Assembly (NCBI RefSeq): GCF_006345805.1
Contig: NC_043010.1
Location: 57,412,001 to 57,476,000, forward strand
DNA length: 64,000 nucleotides
Reading direction: 5' to 3'
DNA from: Octopus sinensis
Taxonomy: Eukaryota
Shown here: one piece after another, positions 52,020-64,000 of the stretch
Numbering within the stretch: position 1 is the first letter of the stretch
Layout: the number at the start of each line of letters is the position of its first letter
The notes under the pieces: generated by a model
Told to the model about the DNA's origin: nothing
Databases searched by the model: none
The model's input: the letters and a program-made list of their open reading frames with translations, nothing else
Program-made: the position numbers and the translations under genes

Positions 52020-52341
52020 ATTTAGAAATTGTAATTTTCTAAAAAAAATACAATTCCTTAAAATTTGAAGTTGCAAGAATTTGGAATACGAAAACTATAA
52101 AGGTTGTTGCAGTAATAATTGGTGCACTGGGAAATAAAGATATAGAGAAACGGTTGAAAGAAGACAGGAAGAGAACATTCTGCAGAGCATCTAGAGAAGG
52201 TTAGCTTCTTAGGGACAAAGAAGATTATGAAGAGAGTTTAGAAAGTCTGTTGAAAGTTTGTGGATACCTAAGGTTACAGGTAGGAGCCAGCTACCCACAT
52301 AAATTTTACAAAGAATAACACCAAACCTGAGTCAAATCACC

Positions 52342-52417
<76 letters not shown>
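52020..52417 (+). mobile_element. R4/Dong-like non-LTR retrotransposon 3' fragment ending in (TAA)n
   Basis: KKYNSLKFEVARIWNTKTIKVVAVIIGALG then, after a frameshift, EHLEKVSFLGTKKIMKRV*: C-terminus of the restriction-like endonuclease. A short 3'UTR runs into (AAT)~25. Confidence 0.75.
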
Positions 52418-52421
<4 letters not shown>

Positions 52422-52479
52422 TATGATATAAGTGTACAATATATTACAAAATATTGCTGAATATGTTGCAGACAGTGTA

Positions 52480-52915
52480 CGTGGTGAGCTGGCAGAATTG
52501 GTAGCATGCCAGACGAAATGATTAGCAGTTTTTCGACCATCGCTACATTCTGAGTTCAAATTCCGCTGAGGTCGACTTTGCCTGTCATCCTTTCAGGGTT
52601 GCTAAATTAAGTACCAGTGAAAAACTGGGGTCGTCGTAATCGATTAGTCTCCAAGCCCCAAATTTCAGGCCTTGTGCCTTTAGTAGAAAGGATATTTTCC
52701 ATTTAATATTACATCCTGTAAAAGTGGTCAGCTGGCAGAATTCTTAGTGGCATGTTATCTGTCTCTATGTTCTGAGTTCAAATTCTGCCTTGGTCAACTT
52801 TGCCTTTCATCCATTTAGGGTCAATAAAATAAGTACCGGTTGAGCACTGGTGTCAATGTAATTGATTAACCCACCTCCTCAAAATTGCTGGCCTTGTGAC
52901 AAAATTTGAAACCAA
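52480..52915 (+). mobile_element. Two tandem SINE family B copies (tail type 1)
   Basis: Heads at ~52483 (GGTGAGCTGGCAGAATTGGTAGCATGCC) and ~52727 (GGTCAGCTGGCAGAATTC), each with core and GGCCTTGTG tail. Confidence 0.8.
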
Positions 52916-53395
52916 TATTTACATCATTCACAATAAACTACAAAGTTATGTCTGTCTGTTACTTATATTAAAAATAATCTCCAACCCATCATGCTAACTA
53001 TAGAAGCCTGCACATAACTATATGGATTTACTGCAGAAGGCATCCTTAGGAAATCTCAATATTTTAAATTGTCCAATCAGGAAAGTGTTTACATATTTAC
53101 TATATGTTTATCAAGTTGATCTGTGATCAGTTAGCTTTATGTTAATTATTCTTTGCTGAAAGAAGTTTAATAAGACTGAATCACACCTGAAGTTGTCCCC
53201 CCTTCCTACATAATTTAATTTTTGATTAACTACAATTTCATGAGTTCATTATGTTGCTTCTTATGATAAAATTATTCACTAACATTAATTAATTTTGGTC
53301 TCGTTATATTTATAATTTTGAATTATTAAATATTATCAAATATGGCTGCCTGCATTTATGTGAATGTTATTAAGACCACATGCCATGTTGTATAT

Positions 53396-53560
53396 AGGTG
53401 CAGGTATGGCTGTGCAATAAGAGGCTTGCATCGCAACCACATGGTTCTGGGTTCAGTCCCACTGCATGGCACCTTTGGCAAGTGTCTTCTACTATAGCCT
53501 TAGACCATCCAAAGCTTTGTTAGTAGATTTAGTAGATGGAAACTGAAAGAAGCCCACCAT
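53396..53560 (+). mobile_element. SINE family A head and core
   Basis: GGTGCAGGTATGGCTGTG..GGCACCTTTGGCAAGTGTCTTCTACTATAGCC..GAAAGAAGCCC, then (TA)n. Confidence 0.85.
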
Positions 53561-53885
53561 ATATAAATATATATATACATATATATATATATTATATAAA
53601 TATATATATATATATATTATATAAATATATATATATATATAAATTTTGGAATTTGTTTCGTCAAATGGAAACAGAAAACATGGAGGATGTCAAAGACATT
53701 ACAACTACAACCAGAACAACAGCAACTACCACTACCAGACAGCAACAGTAACAGCTCCAACAACAACAACACCAACTATGCCAACTACTGCTACCACCAC
53801 CACCACCACCACCACCACTAGTACCGCTATTGCTTCTATTCTACTACTGCCACCACCGCTACTGCTACTGTAGCTGCTGCTACTG

Positions 53886-53927
<42 letters not shown>

Positions 53928-54189
53928 TATTATGTCAATTCAGATACTGTTTTACTGCAATAAATTTATTTAATAATTTCTTAAAAACAATCTGTAATCT
54001 GCATTTTTGTTTATTTATTTATTTTTTATTTTTATTTATTTCTTTTTTAAGTATTTCTAAGCCAAGCAATTCATCAACAAAATTAATTATTTTCTTATCT
54101 TAATTGTAACCCACTTCCACCCACCCCTGCCTCCTCTTCCACCAATACTGCCACCATCACATCAATCCCACTCTATATTGTAGAATGGT

Positions 54190-54243
54190 TCTGTAAGAAC
54201 CATTAGGTCTGTAAGAACCATTAGGTCTGTAAGAACAATAGAT
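54190..54243 (+). repeat. Minisatellite, 18-bp unit x3
   Basis: TCTGTAAGAACCATTAGG twice perfectly, third unit diverged. Confidence 0.9.
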
Positions 54244-54370
54244 CTGATGTTGCCTTAGTATTCAACATTTGACATAATCAGGCAGCAGCCTCACTTTACT
54301 TTGTTGAACTGCTAGAAATAGCAGCTAAACCTCCATCAAATTAGACCTTACCAACACATTGACATATTAA

Positions 54371-54591
54371 CCCTTTTGTTACTGTATTTATTTTGAGATG
54401 CTCTGTGTTTCTTTCAATTACTTGTAAATATAACAAAGAATTTAGTAAACTAATTTAGTTATCATTCAGCTAGTGTTAGGAACATAAATTGTGACTAAGG
54501 TTTGGTGGAAGATTTTAATTCAAAACTTATGAAAACAAGAAATTTGTCCTGATGGCCAGGGGTGGTTTCAGCCGGGTTGATAATGAAGGGG
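54371..54591. mobile_element. Possible piggyBac-like MITE
   Basis: TTAA|CCCTT ... AAGGGG|TTAA; short degenerate TIRs. Confidence 0.45.
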
Positions 54592-54950
54592 TTAAGCAGT
54601 TTAGTCCTTGGTAATCTATATAATGGTCATGGCTAGAATGCCTTTGATAGGGGCTTTGTTCAGTCAGAGCCAACCTGACTCTAAATGACAATAAGAACAA
54701 GAATGAGAACAAGATCAAGCAACTATATACAGAGCAGAGCTGGGATAACAAGAAACAAGTCCTTTTTATTAATTAGCCATTTTCCCCAACTTTTTAATCT
54801 CCAAAGTTGTAAGTGTATGCCTGGGTGTGTGTATGTATGCCTTGATAAAGTCCCTCTTATCCTCCACTGATTCACATCCAGATGCTGTCATACAGCTTTA
54901 GTTGGCATCAAATATTTTTCAAGTTGCTGTCTTCCCAGACAGGATGCCTG

Positions 54951-55065
54951 CAGTGAGGCTTGCAAGGGCCATGTCTTCCCAGTGAGGCTTGCAAGGGCCA
55001 TGTCTTCCCAGTGAGGCTTGCAAGGGCCATGTCTTCCCAGTGAGGCTTGCAAGGGCCATGTCTTC
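54951..55065 (+). repeat. Minisatellite, 29-bp unit x4
   Basis: CAGTGAGGCTTGCAAGGGCCATGTCTTCC units start at 54951, 54980, 55009 and 55038; no spacers. Confidence 0.97.
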
Positions 55066-55199
55066 GTCACCCATTGCTACATCTTGTTTGTTCTTTTTGC
55101 ATAAGATTCTCATCAATGGATTCCTTTCCTATCATGAACGACTTCACAGAGTGGACTGGGGATGGGCACATGATATTGTGCCCCCCCCCAACACACACA

Positions 55200-55361
55200 C
55201 ACTAGCGTAGCTAGAGTGAGTGTGCTGCTGGGGGCAGACCTTCTATTTGCCACCCTCGGACCCCACAAAAACCACATATTGCCTACAGCAGACCCAAAAG
55301 TGGTACCCCTTTAAAAGTGTCACCCGGAGTGGACGGTCCCTACTGCCCAGCTATGCTAGTG
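55200..55361. mobile_element. Small MITE (hAT-like)
   Basis: 13-bp TIR CACTAGC(G/A)TAGCT; 8-bp flanks CACACACA / TATACACA are compatible with a decayed TSD. Confidence 0.5.
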
Positions 55362-55929
55362 TATACACACAAAGTTCCACAGCATGTTGCAGATGCAGTG
55401 ACCAGATTGCAGAAGTGTTATAAAACTTCTTGACCCTTCAAAGAAATGAATACAAAGTGGAACTTAACAGATTTTGTGTTCTTAAAAGGTTGGAAATTGC
55501 TCTTCCACAATGTTACCGTTTCAGTTGCACCACACAATCTCAGAGTGAACCATGTGAATCTGGAGAATATTTGTGTGTGTGTGTGCATGTGTGCATGCAT
55601 GTATGCATGTGTATGCATGTGTGTGTGCTTGTGTGTGCATGTGTGTGTGTGTGCATGCATGTATGTGAGTGAGTGTACATGTATATTACTTCCATGGACA
55701 TGTCCGCCTTGGGGGAAATGAAATCTTGCACACAACCACAGGTGAGTGCCGGTGACAGGAAGGGCAACTGGCTATAGAAAATCTGCCTCATCAAATTCTG
55801 TGCAACCCATACCAGCAGGGAAAAGAGGACATTAAAACAACGATGACAATTATGACAATAACAACACAATGATGATGGACCTTTATTCATCTTATCCAAA
55901 TTCATGCTACTGGTGCCACATAGAAACCA

Positions 55930-56112
55930 CTCAGTCCACTCTGTAAAGTGGTTAGCACCAGGAAGGGCATCCAGCCTTGGCATCCTAACCAAAACAGACA
56001 AAATTGGAGCCTGTGTAGCTCTCTGGCTTGCTAGCTCCTGTCAACCTGTCAAACCAATGCCAGCATGGAAAATGGATGTAAAATGATTATGATGATGATG
56101 ATGATGATGATA
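55930..56112 (+). mobile_element. RTE-type 3' tail
   Basis: GTCCACTCTGTAAAGTGGTTAGCACCAGGAAGGGCATCCAGC..GCCAGCATGGAAAATGGATGTAAAATGAT(GAT)n. Confidence 0.8.
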
Positions 56113-57041
56113 TAAGTCACAATTTGGATAAGAAAGATGAATAAAGGTCTGTTGCAAGAAATAAATGATTTATTGAAATTATCTTTGCTTCAAGAGTAAT
56201 AAACGAATGTCTGTCTGTGAGTCCCTCTCAGTATTAAACTGACTACAAGACAGCCCATCTTCTGAACTGGTGCTATGAAAGAGCCCATTCCGTTCCTTCT
56301 GCAAATAAATACTGGGTGGAGGCCACCCTCCTGGGGCTGGTGCCATGAAAAGGCCTCTGGAACATTCTGTAAAGTGGTTGGCAAATGAGCAGAGAAAGTG
56401 CAGGGTTATGGTATCCCTTTAATCCTGATTTACTGAGGGTTACTCAACCTATCCAGAATTGGTATGATGAAAAAAATGTAGCAGATTCACTTTGTGGAAT
56501 GGTTTTGTGATAGAAAGGAGAAAGAGTCAGAGAAACCAAGCAAATTGTTGGAACCAAACAACAGTCTTCGAGAGCAGTAACTCCCGATGAGAAAACGACT
56601 TGCACTGTGATGACTCATCCAACCCATACTTGTACAGAAAGTAGACGAAAAGGGCATAAAATGATGATGATGAAGATGATATATGTATATGTGTGTATAT
56701 ATGCATATATACATATATAATACATATATACATGCATACATACATATACATATATATACACATATATACATACATATATAGATATATATATATACATATA
56801 TAAATATATATATATATACACTCACACATAATGTCAGTATGCTCATATATACATATATACTTATATGGAAATATATATACCTATATGTGTATGTGTGTTT
56901 GTGTGTGTGTATGTATAGCATATGTGTGTGTATATACATATATATATATATATATATTTAATGTAGGATAAAGTTTTTTAGAAAAAAAATTTATCAATGG
57001 CCAGCATATTAAAAAAATACCTTTAAAGGTTAAAATTATAA

Positions 57042-57438
57042 ACAACTTATAAATAAGGGCAAACGAAAAATTATCTAATGCCAAATATGCCGAAATTGGA
57101 CATATTGTCCATAACCATATAATTCTTTCACAATATGCACGCTACTCGAAAAAAGGTCGATAGAAATTTCTAAAAAATTCCATTATTACCATATCAGACC
57201 GATTTCAGGGTTAGTTCATAAGAACCCTTCCTTCGTCAGTGATAAATGTGGCAAAGAAATAAATGAGATACTTACTCATACCCATGGAAGAAGCAAGACA
57301 CTAAGGGAGGGTTCTTATGAAATTGGTCCGATATGGTAGCGTGCGTATTGTGAAAAATTATATGGTTATGGACAATATGTCCAATTTCAGCATATTTGGC
57401 ATTAGAAATGTTTTCGTTGGCCCTTATTTATAAGTTGT
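57042..57438. mobile_element. Head-to-head inverted repeat element carrying a hammerhead motif (PLE pLTR-like)
   Basis: 57042-57143 is the reverse complement of ~57336-57438. The inner arms also match (ACCATATCAGACCGAT / ATTGGTCCGATATGGT; GGGTTCTTATGAA in both). Confidence 0.8.
57192..57244 (-). ncRNA. Minimal type-I hammerhead ribozyme motif, intact core
   Basis: Minus strand UAUCA-CUGACGA-AGGAAGGGUUC[uuau]GAACUAACCCU-GAAA-UCGG-UC-UGAUA: stem I 5 bp, stem II with a 3x3 internal loop, GUC site. Confidence 0.75.
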
Positions 57439-57453
57439 ATATATATATATACA

Positions 57454-57779
57454 CCCCCTTCAGTCATGACTAACCATGGGATTGCACCTTGAAAGTTCTC
57501 CTCTGAGAGGCAAGGTTGTTTTATGGAAGACCAGCAGTCACCCATGCATACCAGCCTCCCCTCTCTGTGCCACCAGTGTTATCCAAGGGAAAGGCAAAGG
57601 GGCCAATACAGCTTGGCACCTGTGACATGGCAGCTCATTTCTACAGCTGAGTGAACTGGAGCAACGTGAAGTGAAGTGTGTTGCTCAAGAACACAACACG
57701 CAGCCCGGCTCAAGATTTGAACTCACTACCTCATGATCGTAAGCTCAACGCTCTAACCACTGAGCCATGTTCTTTCACA
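57454..57779 (-). mobile_element. tRNA-derived SINE family D, full length
   Basis: Minus-strand head ATGGCTCAGTGGTTAGAGCGTTGAGCTTACGATCATGAGG..GAGTTCAAATC, core GTGTTGTGTTCTTGAGCAACAC, tail ending GACTGAAGGGGGTG. Confidence 0.9.
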
Positions 57780-58886
57780 CACACATATATATGTATTTTT
57801 ACACACACACACACACATATAATTAAGGATTCAAGGAAAAGACAGTAGTTTATTGAAGGAAAAATTTAAGTGAATTTATGTGTGTGTGTACATACTATAT
57901 ATGTATATATGTGTATGTGCATGTGTAATACACACACACACATACATACATACATACATACATACACACATACATACATACATAAACATATAGCATACAC
58001 ATGCACACACATTAATTCACTTAAGCTTTCCCTTCAACAGACTATAGTCTTTGCCTTGAATTCTTCTAATTTTTTCTGCCCCCCCCCACCTCCACTGCAC
58101 CACCACCACCACCAACAACAACAACAGCACCATTTTAATAAAACCTAACCTGAATTAATAAACCTATATAACGATCTTCAACTTAAGTTTATCTTCATTA
58201 AATTTCATCAACTTAATTTCTTTTTCTATCAGGAATGTTCGTTTGCAGAGAAAACATTAACTTGGTTACCAACGCTACTTGTTCAATAATTATCACTCAA
58301 CATAACATCAACCAACGAACAAAAATGTAAGAAAAAAACCCAAAAAAACCCCACCTCTTAATGAACACCTCCCATCCACCCTTCCATCCCGCACCATCTC
58401 CTGAAAAACATCAAACAAATGTAACTGTGTAATATATGTAATGAAATATTTGCTCAGTTGTAGATGAGTGTACTGAGTAAACTTGGGAAGTGGAGAGACG
58501 GAGGAGGGTGGAGGGGTGAGTGAGATGGAGAGAGAGGGAGAGAGAGGGAGAGAGAGAGGGAGAGAGAGAGGGAGAGAGAGAGGGAGAAAGAGAGAGGGAA
58601 AGAGAGAGAGAGATAGGTATAGACAGGCAGGCAGACAGATAGATAGGTAGAGAGGTAGATAGGTAGAGACATACGCATATATATATACGTATATGTATGT
58701 ATGCCTATATATGTGTGCATGCATATATACATACATACATATATGTGTATATATATATATGTGTGTGTGTTTGTGTGTGTATGCATATATGTTTGTATGT
58801 ATGCATGTATTATATATATATACATATATATACTTACATATATATATATATGTATGTATGTATGTATATATATATATGTATGTATA

Positions 58887-58930
<44 letters not shown>

Positions 58931-58954
58931 TATATACAAATACATATATGTGTG

Positions 58955-58993
<39 letters not shown>

Positions 58994-59691
58994 AGGTAGA
59001 TGGATAGATAGGGTAGATAGACAGAGAAATGTATAGATGAGTTGAAATAGGGAGAAAGAGAGAGTGTGTGTGTGTGAATGAGAGAAGGAGAGGGGGTAGG
59101 GAGAGGAATGTTTAATTTGATTGAGACTCTTACATCAAACTGACTGCATTTAATTGCTTAAGTAAGAGAAATCAAGTTATCGTCAGCGGATGGGGGAGGT
59201 GGAGGTGGGGAACTGGTTTCATATCATTTTCTCCTTTTCACACTGTGCGTGTGTGTGTGTGTGTGCGTGTGTGCATGTGTGTGTGTGTAGGTGTCTCCGT
59301 ATTATACATATAAGTGTAATTGTATATATGCTTTTTTTTATGTGTGTGATCATGTATTTAAATGTAGCTGTATGCATGAGTAAGTTGTAAGTTGATTTGT
59401 AGACATGTGCTTACAACCGTGTGCCTGTGTATGCAGGTTCCCATACACACACAAGCACACACATACATGGGGAGAGAGGGAAAGAGAGAGAGAGAGCGAG
59501 GGAGAGAGGGAGAGAGAGGAGAGAGAGGGAGAGAGGGAGAGAGAGAGAGAGACTCTGTGCAATGACATGAAACTTAAATCACAAGAGAAACTCTCAGCTT
59601 CTGTTTTAATATTTATTCACATACCTATATATGTAGTATATAATATATATAGTGTATGTATATATATATATATATATACAATATATATATA

Positions 59692-59732
<41 letters not shown>

Positions 59733-59767
59733 ATCATATCTATATATATACTATATATATATATATA

Positions 59768-60203
59768 TGATGGCTGCCCCCTCGTTATCGAGCATGGCCA
59801 CTGCACGAAGCTTAATGTTACTGGTGCTGTGGTCAAATGTGACTTTTTAGCCCAACTTAAGATCTACAATGTATTGTACAAAATTGCCAACTATAACCTT
59901 TACCGGTCATAGCCGGCTGTAGTTGTAACTGGGCTTCATGTATCTTTGCATGTCGTTTAAGTCCTCCTCCCGAATTGCACTCTCTTCCACATGCCCGACA
60001 CATATGATTAGTATGGTGTGTTACACCACCACCAGTGGCCAGGTTGTCACTCATCTGTCTCGTTTTATGACTACGAAGATGACTCTTGAGTCCAGCTTTA
60101 CTGAGGCAGGGTCTCGCACAAACATTGCACGTCAGAATCAAAGGAAGACCCCTTCCCTTCTGGAAGTGCAACAGCGATGCCCTTCCTGACATCTTTCCTT
60201 ACT
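59768..60203 (-). mobile_element. Second RTE LINE 3' fragment with three C2H2 zinc fingers
   Basis: ORF 59857..60192 aligns with 7837..8268 and has the same 3' terminus GGGGCAGCCAT(C)ATAT; it is more 5'-truncated. Confidence 0.85.
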
Positions 60204-60232
60204 TTCTAATGTATATATATATATACTTTCTC

Positions 60233-60263
<31 letters not shown>

Positions 60264-60297
60264 TAATAATATATATATATACATACACACTGCATAC

Positions 60298-60660
60298 TCA
60301 GACATGGCTGTGTGGTAAGAAGCTTGCTTCCCAACCACATGGCTCCAGGTTCAGCCCCATTGTGTGACACTTTGAGCAAGTGTCTTCTGCTATAGCCTCA
60401 GTCCAACCAAAGGCTTGTGAGTGGATTTGGTAAACGGAAACTGAAAAAAGCCTGTTGTACATAGTGTGTGTGTATGTATCTTTGTGTCTGTATTTGTCCC
60501 CTGGTGTTGGTGTTATTAGATCCCTATAACTTAGTGGATCAGCAAAAGATATTGATAGAATAAATATCAGGTTTAAGGAAATATGAGTACTGGGGTTAAT
60601 TGATTTGACTAAGAAAATCCGTCAAGGCAGTGGCCCAACATGGTCACAGTCCAATGATAC
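60298..60660 (+). mobile_element. SINE family A, full copy
   Basis: ACATGGCTGTGTGGTAAGAAGCTTGCTTCCCAACCACATGG..GAGCAAGTGTCTTCTGCTATAGCC.. plus tail. Confidence 0.85.
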
Positions 60661-61939
60661 ATAGATATATACACATGCTTATGTAAGGTGATTGTGTAGA
60701 TAGATATGCACATGTCTGAGTCCTTCATCAGTTGCCAATTATAAATCATAACAATTTTGACACCTAAGACAAACTATTAGAGATGGATGAATATAGATGG
60801 GTGTATGTGAAGTATAATCAAGAACAAGGAAAAAATGAGTGTACTGTGACAAATTTAAGAAAAATACAAAATAAAACAAGCAAGGAAATAATAAGGATGT
60901 TAATTATTTATAAATAATGTAACACATAAAGGGTGGGGGTGGATGTTAGAGGGCCTTGTGGCCTTAAACAACAAATCAAGGAGAAAACAGAAATTCAGCC
61001 ATTGTAAAATGCAGGGGTGGAGGGGGAGAGCAAGACATGTGAAACAGTGAGAAGTAGGAGGAAGAGGAAGAGAAAAGTAGGAATATAGTGTGGTAAGGAA
61101 GAGAGACAAGTGATAATAGCAAGGGAGGGAAAATAGACAATGTGAGAAACATGAAGGCGGGGACAGAAACTGAGCAAAGTTGGTTGTAGGGAAGAGAGAG
61201 AAAGAGGGAGAGAAAGAGAGAGAGAGAGAAAAGGGGAGAGAGAGAAAGGGGGAGAGAGGGAAAAGGGGAGAGAGAGATGAAAAGATGGTGAGTTAGAGAT
61301 TGCTTGAGTATAGAATGTATGAAATACTCAAATTTTATTATATCAATATATCCTGTAATAATTTCTAAATTACGATATTCTTTGTCAAGACACCTGATTG
61401 CAAGAGTTCTCCTTGACCTCCACCAATATTCAAAGTGCAAACTATAATTCACGACAAACAGCTGGTCAATTACCTGAACTTTACATGACACCTAATCACT
61501 TGGGTTATCTATTACAGTCAGCTGGTTGTTTAGAAATGTGATGCCTTCTTAACTCTCCTCCTCCTCCCCCTCTTTTTCTTCCTCTCTCATTTGTTTATCT
61601 GCCCCCCCACCAATCACTATACACCCCCCTTTTCTTTCTTCAACACATTCACTTCTAAATACTTCCACTGCTACTCCTCCCTTTCCACAATCTTCTTTCC
61701 TACTCCAGGCAGTGAAATAAACACATCAAATCAGCTGAATTTTAATTCTGCTTTTGCCACACACTCACCCACCTTTTGTTATTTCATACTGTCTAATTAG
61801 TAAACTTGAACCAGTATCACAAATGTCTGTGTGTGTGTATATATATATATGTGTGTGCACGTGTGTAGGTATATATACAAATATACATCTATTTACATAC
61901 ACACATACACATGTATAGTTATATATGTGTATGTGTATA

Positions 61940-61978
<39 letters not shown>

Positions 61979-63099
61979 GTGTATACATATATATATATAT
62001 ATATGTATACACATTTATACATGTGTGTGTATATATATATATGCACACACATATCTATACACACACACACATATGTATGTGTGCATGTGTGTGTGTGTGA
62101 GTGTTGTGTGTATCTTTGGGTCTGAGCAAAGCTGAATACCTAAGAAGTTCCCCTTGCAGTTCCAAATCTCTTGCTTTGATCTTGTTGCATGGAATCATGG
62201 GGTGGATGTCTTTTACTGTGGCCCAGGGGCCCAGGTTGAGCCAAGCCATCGGAGTGATATGGCAAACATACCTTGTCCCACACTGCGTCACACTGATTCT
62301 ACCCAAGGATTACATTAAGAGTCCATGTGTCTGTGGAATACTCAGTTATTTCATATGTCAATTCAATGAGGTTCGTTGTAACTGACGCTAACCCCTTGAC
62401 TTAACTTTCTATGGACCCGGCTGTCTGTGTGTCCCTAGTTTATTTTAGATCCATCACCACCATCACCATCATTGTCATCATCATCATCATCATCAATCTC
62501 TCACTTAAATACCCCACCCTTACCATTTATAAGCTACTTCACTGTCACTTTGTCTGTCTCTCCCCTCCACACACAACCCCAGTTTTTCCTCGAAGCCCCC
62601 TTCCACTCCCTCAACCACTACATAGAAGGTAATTAACAGCCAGTGCACTAATTACTCCAACATTGACTTTAATGAGGATTGGCCTCTCCTTCTCATTCTC
62701 TCTTAACATAATACACTGCGTTGGCTGTGAATGGGTGTATGTATATATATATAATGTGTAATGTATGTTTATGTGTGTGTGTGTGTATGTGTGTGTGTGT
62801 GCGCGTGTGTATGTGTGTATATATATATATGTATGTATATATTATATATATATATATAATATATATACACACACACATATGTGTGTGTATGTAATATGTG
62901 TATATATATAATGTGAAAGTATACATATGTGCTATGACTAGTCTGTGAATATAAGATGCAGGGTGTATACATGTAGAGTGTACAGTATTCGCAACCAGGC
63001 TGTTTCGGGTTTATTCATCAATTTGCATAAAAGGAAAAGAAAACCCCCCATTCGAAAATAAAAGTATCTAAAAAAAAATATCAACCAGATATATTTTGG

Positions 63100-63458
63100 T
63101 TGCCAAAAAGGGTGGCTGCGAGGTAACAGCCAGCCTTAGATTCCTCTGTGACCTGAAGATGGCTCCAGAACCTGGTGCCTGCATTCCTCACTGCATCTCT
63201 TGGAAGTTCCTTGATCTTGGCTATCAGCTTGGCCTTGGTGCTGCAGGCAGAGCAATTGGTGTCATTCTCAACTGTGTCACACACACAGGAATACATGGGA
63301 GTACAGCTGAAGAAAGTTGGAGCCAGACATTGGAGCTGGTGAAGTTGTAGAAGTTCTTTGACAATCATTTCTCGCTTTTACCAGGAGCCAATTCCTGCTG
63401 CCACACATATGAGCTTCGAGCAACAACCCTCCCTCTCCAGCAAGGGTTTGACCACAGA
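63100..63458 (-). mobile_element. Tc1/mariner-superfamily (maT-like) transposase C-terminal remnant
   Basis: Frameshifted VVKPLLER..YVWQQELAPGKSEK*LSKNFYNFTSSNVW..CTPMYSCVCDTVENDTNCSACSTKAKLIAKIKELPRDAVRNAGTRF. The catalytic aspartates are mutated, so the DD spacing cannot be confirmed. Confidence 0.7.
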
Positions 63459-63459
63459 A

Positions 63460-63700
63460 GAGAAAACTTTCTTTCTGTCAGGTAAATGGCCCCTTCTCAA
63501 TATGTAGGAAAGGAGTTGGAAGAAAGTCCATTCGCTGCACCCAGAGTAAACTATGGACATGTAAGAGGTGCAGTGGAATCACAGGTAGATTAACTGATAA
63601 AGTTGTCTTTGTATGTGGCAGATGTGCAGGAACAATAAGCACATGGAAGAAATGTCAATGGACCAAGATATCTGGCAATATGAGGTTCTTGAGAAGACCT
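63460..63700 (+). mobile_element. RTE LINE internal fragment (Cys-rich, PHD-like segment)
   Basis: SGKWP / SICRKGVGRKSIRCTQSKLWTCKRCSGITGRLTDKVVFVCGRCAG. Confidence 0.75.
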
Positions 63701-64000
63701 ACCCATGTCAGCAAAACTGAGTTCTAGAAGTGCTGTGTGTCCCACCCACACTTAACATGAAAACTTCTTACACACTCTACAACAAACCAAACTACATCTC
63801 TCCTCTCCCTCACATTTCCACTTCATGCACTATGCTTACCTCTCACTCCTCAATCCTGTCCTCTTGGCCCTGATCCACTGTATCATTGCTCTCTGCAAAC
63901 TCCCGACCTGTGTGTTCCACCCACACACCATGCTTCACTGTATCAGTGCTCTCTGCTAGCCCCTGATTTGTGTGTTCCACCCACACATAACAAGAAAACT

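Noticed and set aside
54951-55065. CRISPR-like array
   Set aside because: Repeats are contiguous with no spacers, in a eukaryotic context with no cas genes. The same applies to 11247-11322.
62990-63028. Hammerhead-like string on the minus strand (GCAA-a-UUGAUGA-auaaaccc-GAAA-CAGCCUG-g-UUGC)
   Set aside because: U at position 3, no stem II and no NUH triplet; at best a very decayed relic.

Overview
AT-rich, microsatellite-dense animal genomic DNA. The protocadherin type and SINE/LINE content point to a coleoid cephalopod, probably Octopus (inference). The one clear host gene is a minus-strand protocadherin. Its large coding exon (51371/51344..48969) encodes a signal peptide, 6 cadherin repeats, a TM helix and a juxtamembrane tail, and ends at a phase-0 GT donor. 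A matching phase-0 cytoplasmic-tail exon lies ~25.6 kb downstream (23343..23163). A 5' non-coding exon and a third coding exon are implied but not pinned down. The rest is mostly repeats: three tRNA-derived SINE families, RTE-clade LINE 3' fragments (two carry a triple C2H2 zinc-finger C-terminus), an R4/Dong-like fragment ending in (TAA)n, a full-length decayed mariner with TIRs, a maT/Tc1-like remnant, a Helentron/HINE-like element, MITEs, a ~710 bp tandem duplication and very many simple repeats. The most notable non-obvious signal is a set of minimal type-I hammerhead ribozyme motifs of Penelope-like-element type. They come in three palindrome classes (ACGT, A[C/T]CGGT, ACATGT). One sits behind a tRNA-like Pol III promoter, two elements carry them in head-to-head inverted repeats, and one core variant lies sense to the protocadherin intron. 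Nearly all other ORFs in the track are microsatellite artefacts. Repeat boundaries were read by eye and are approximate.
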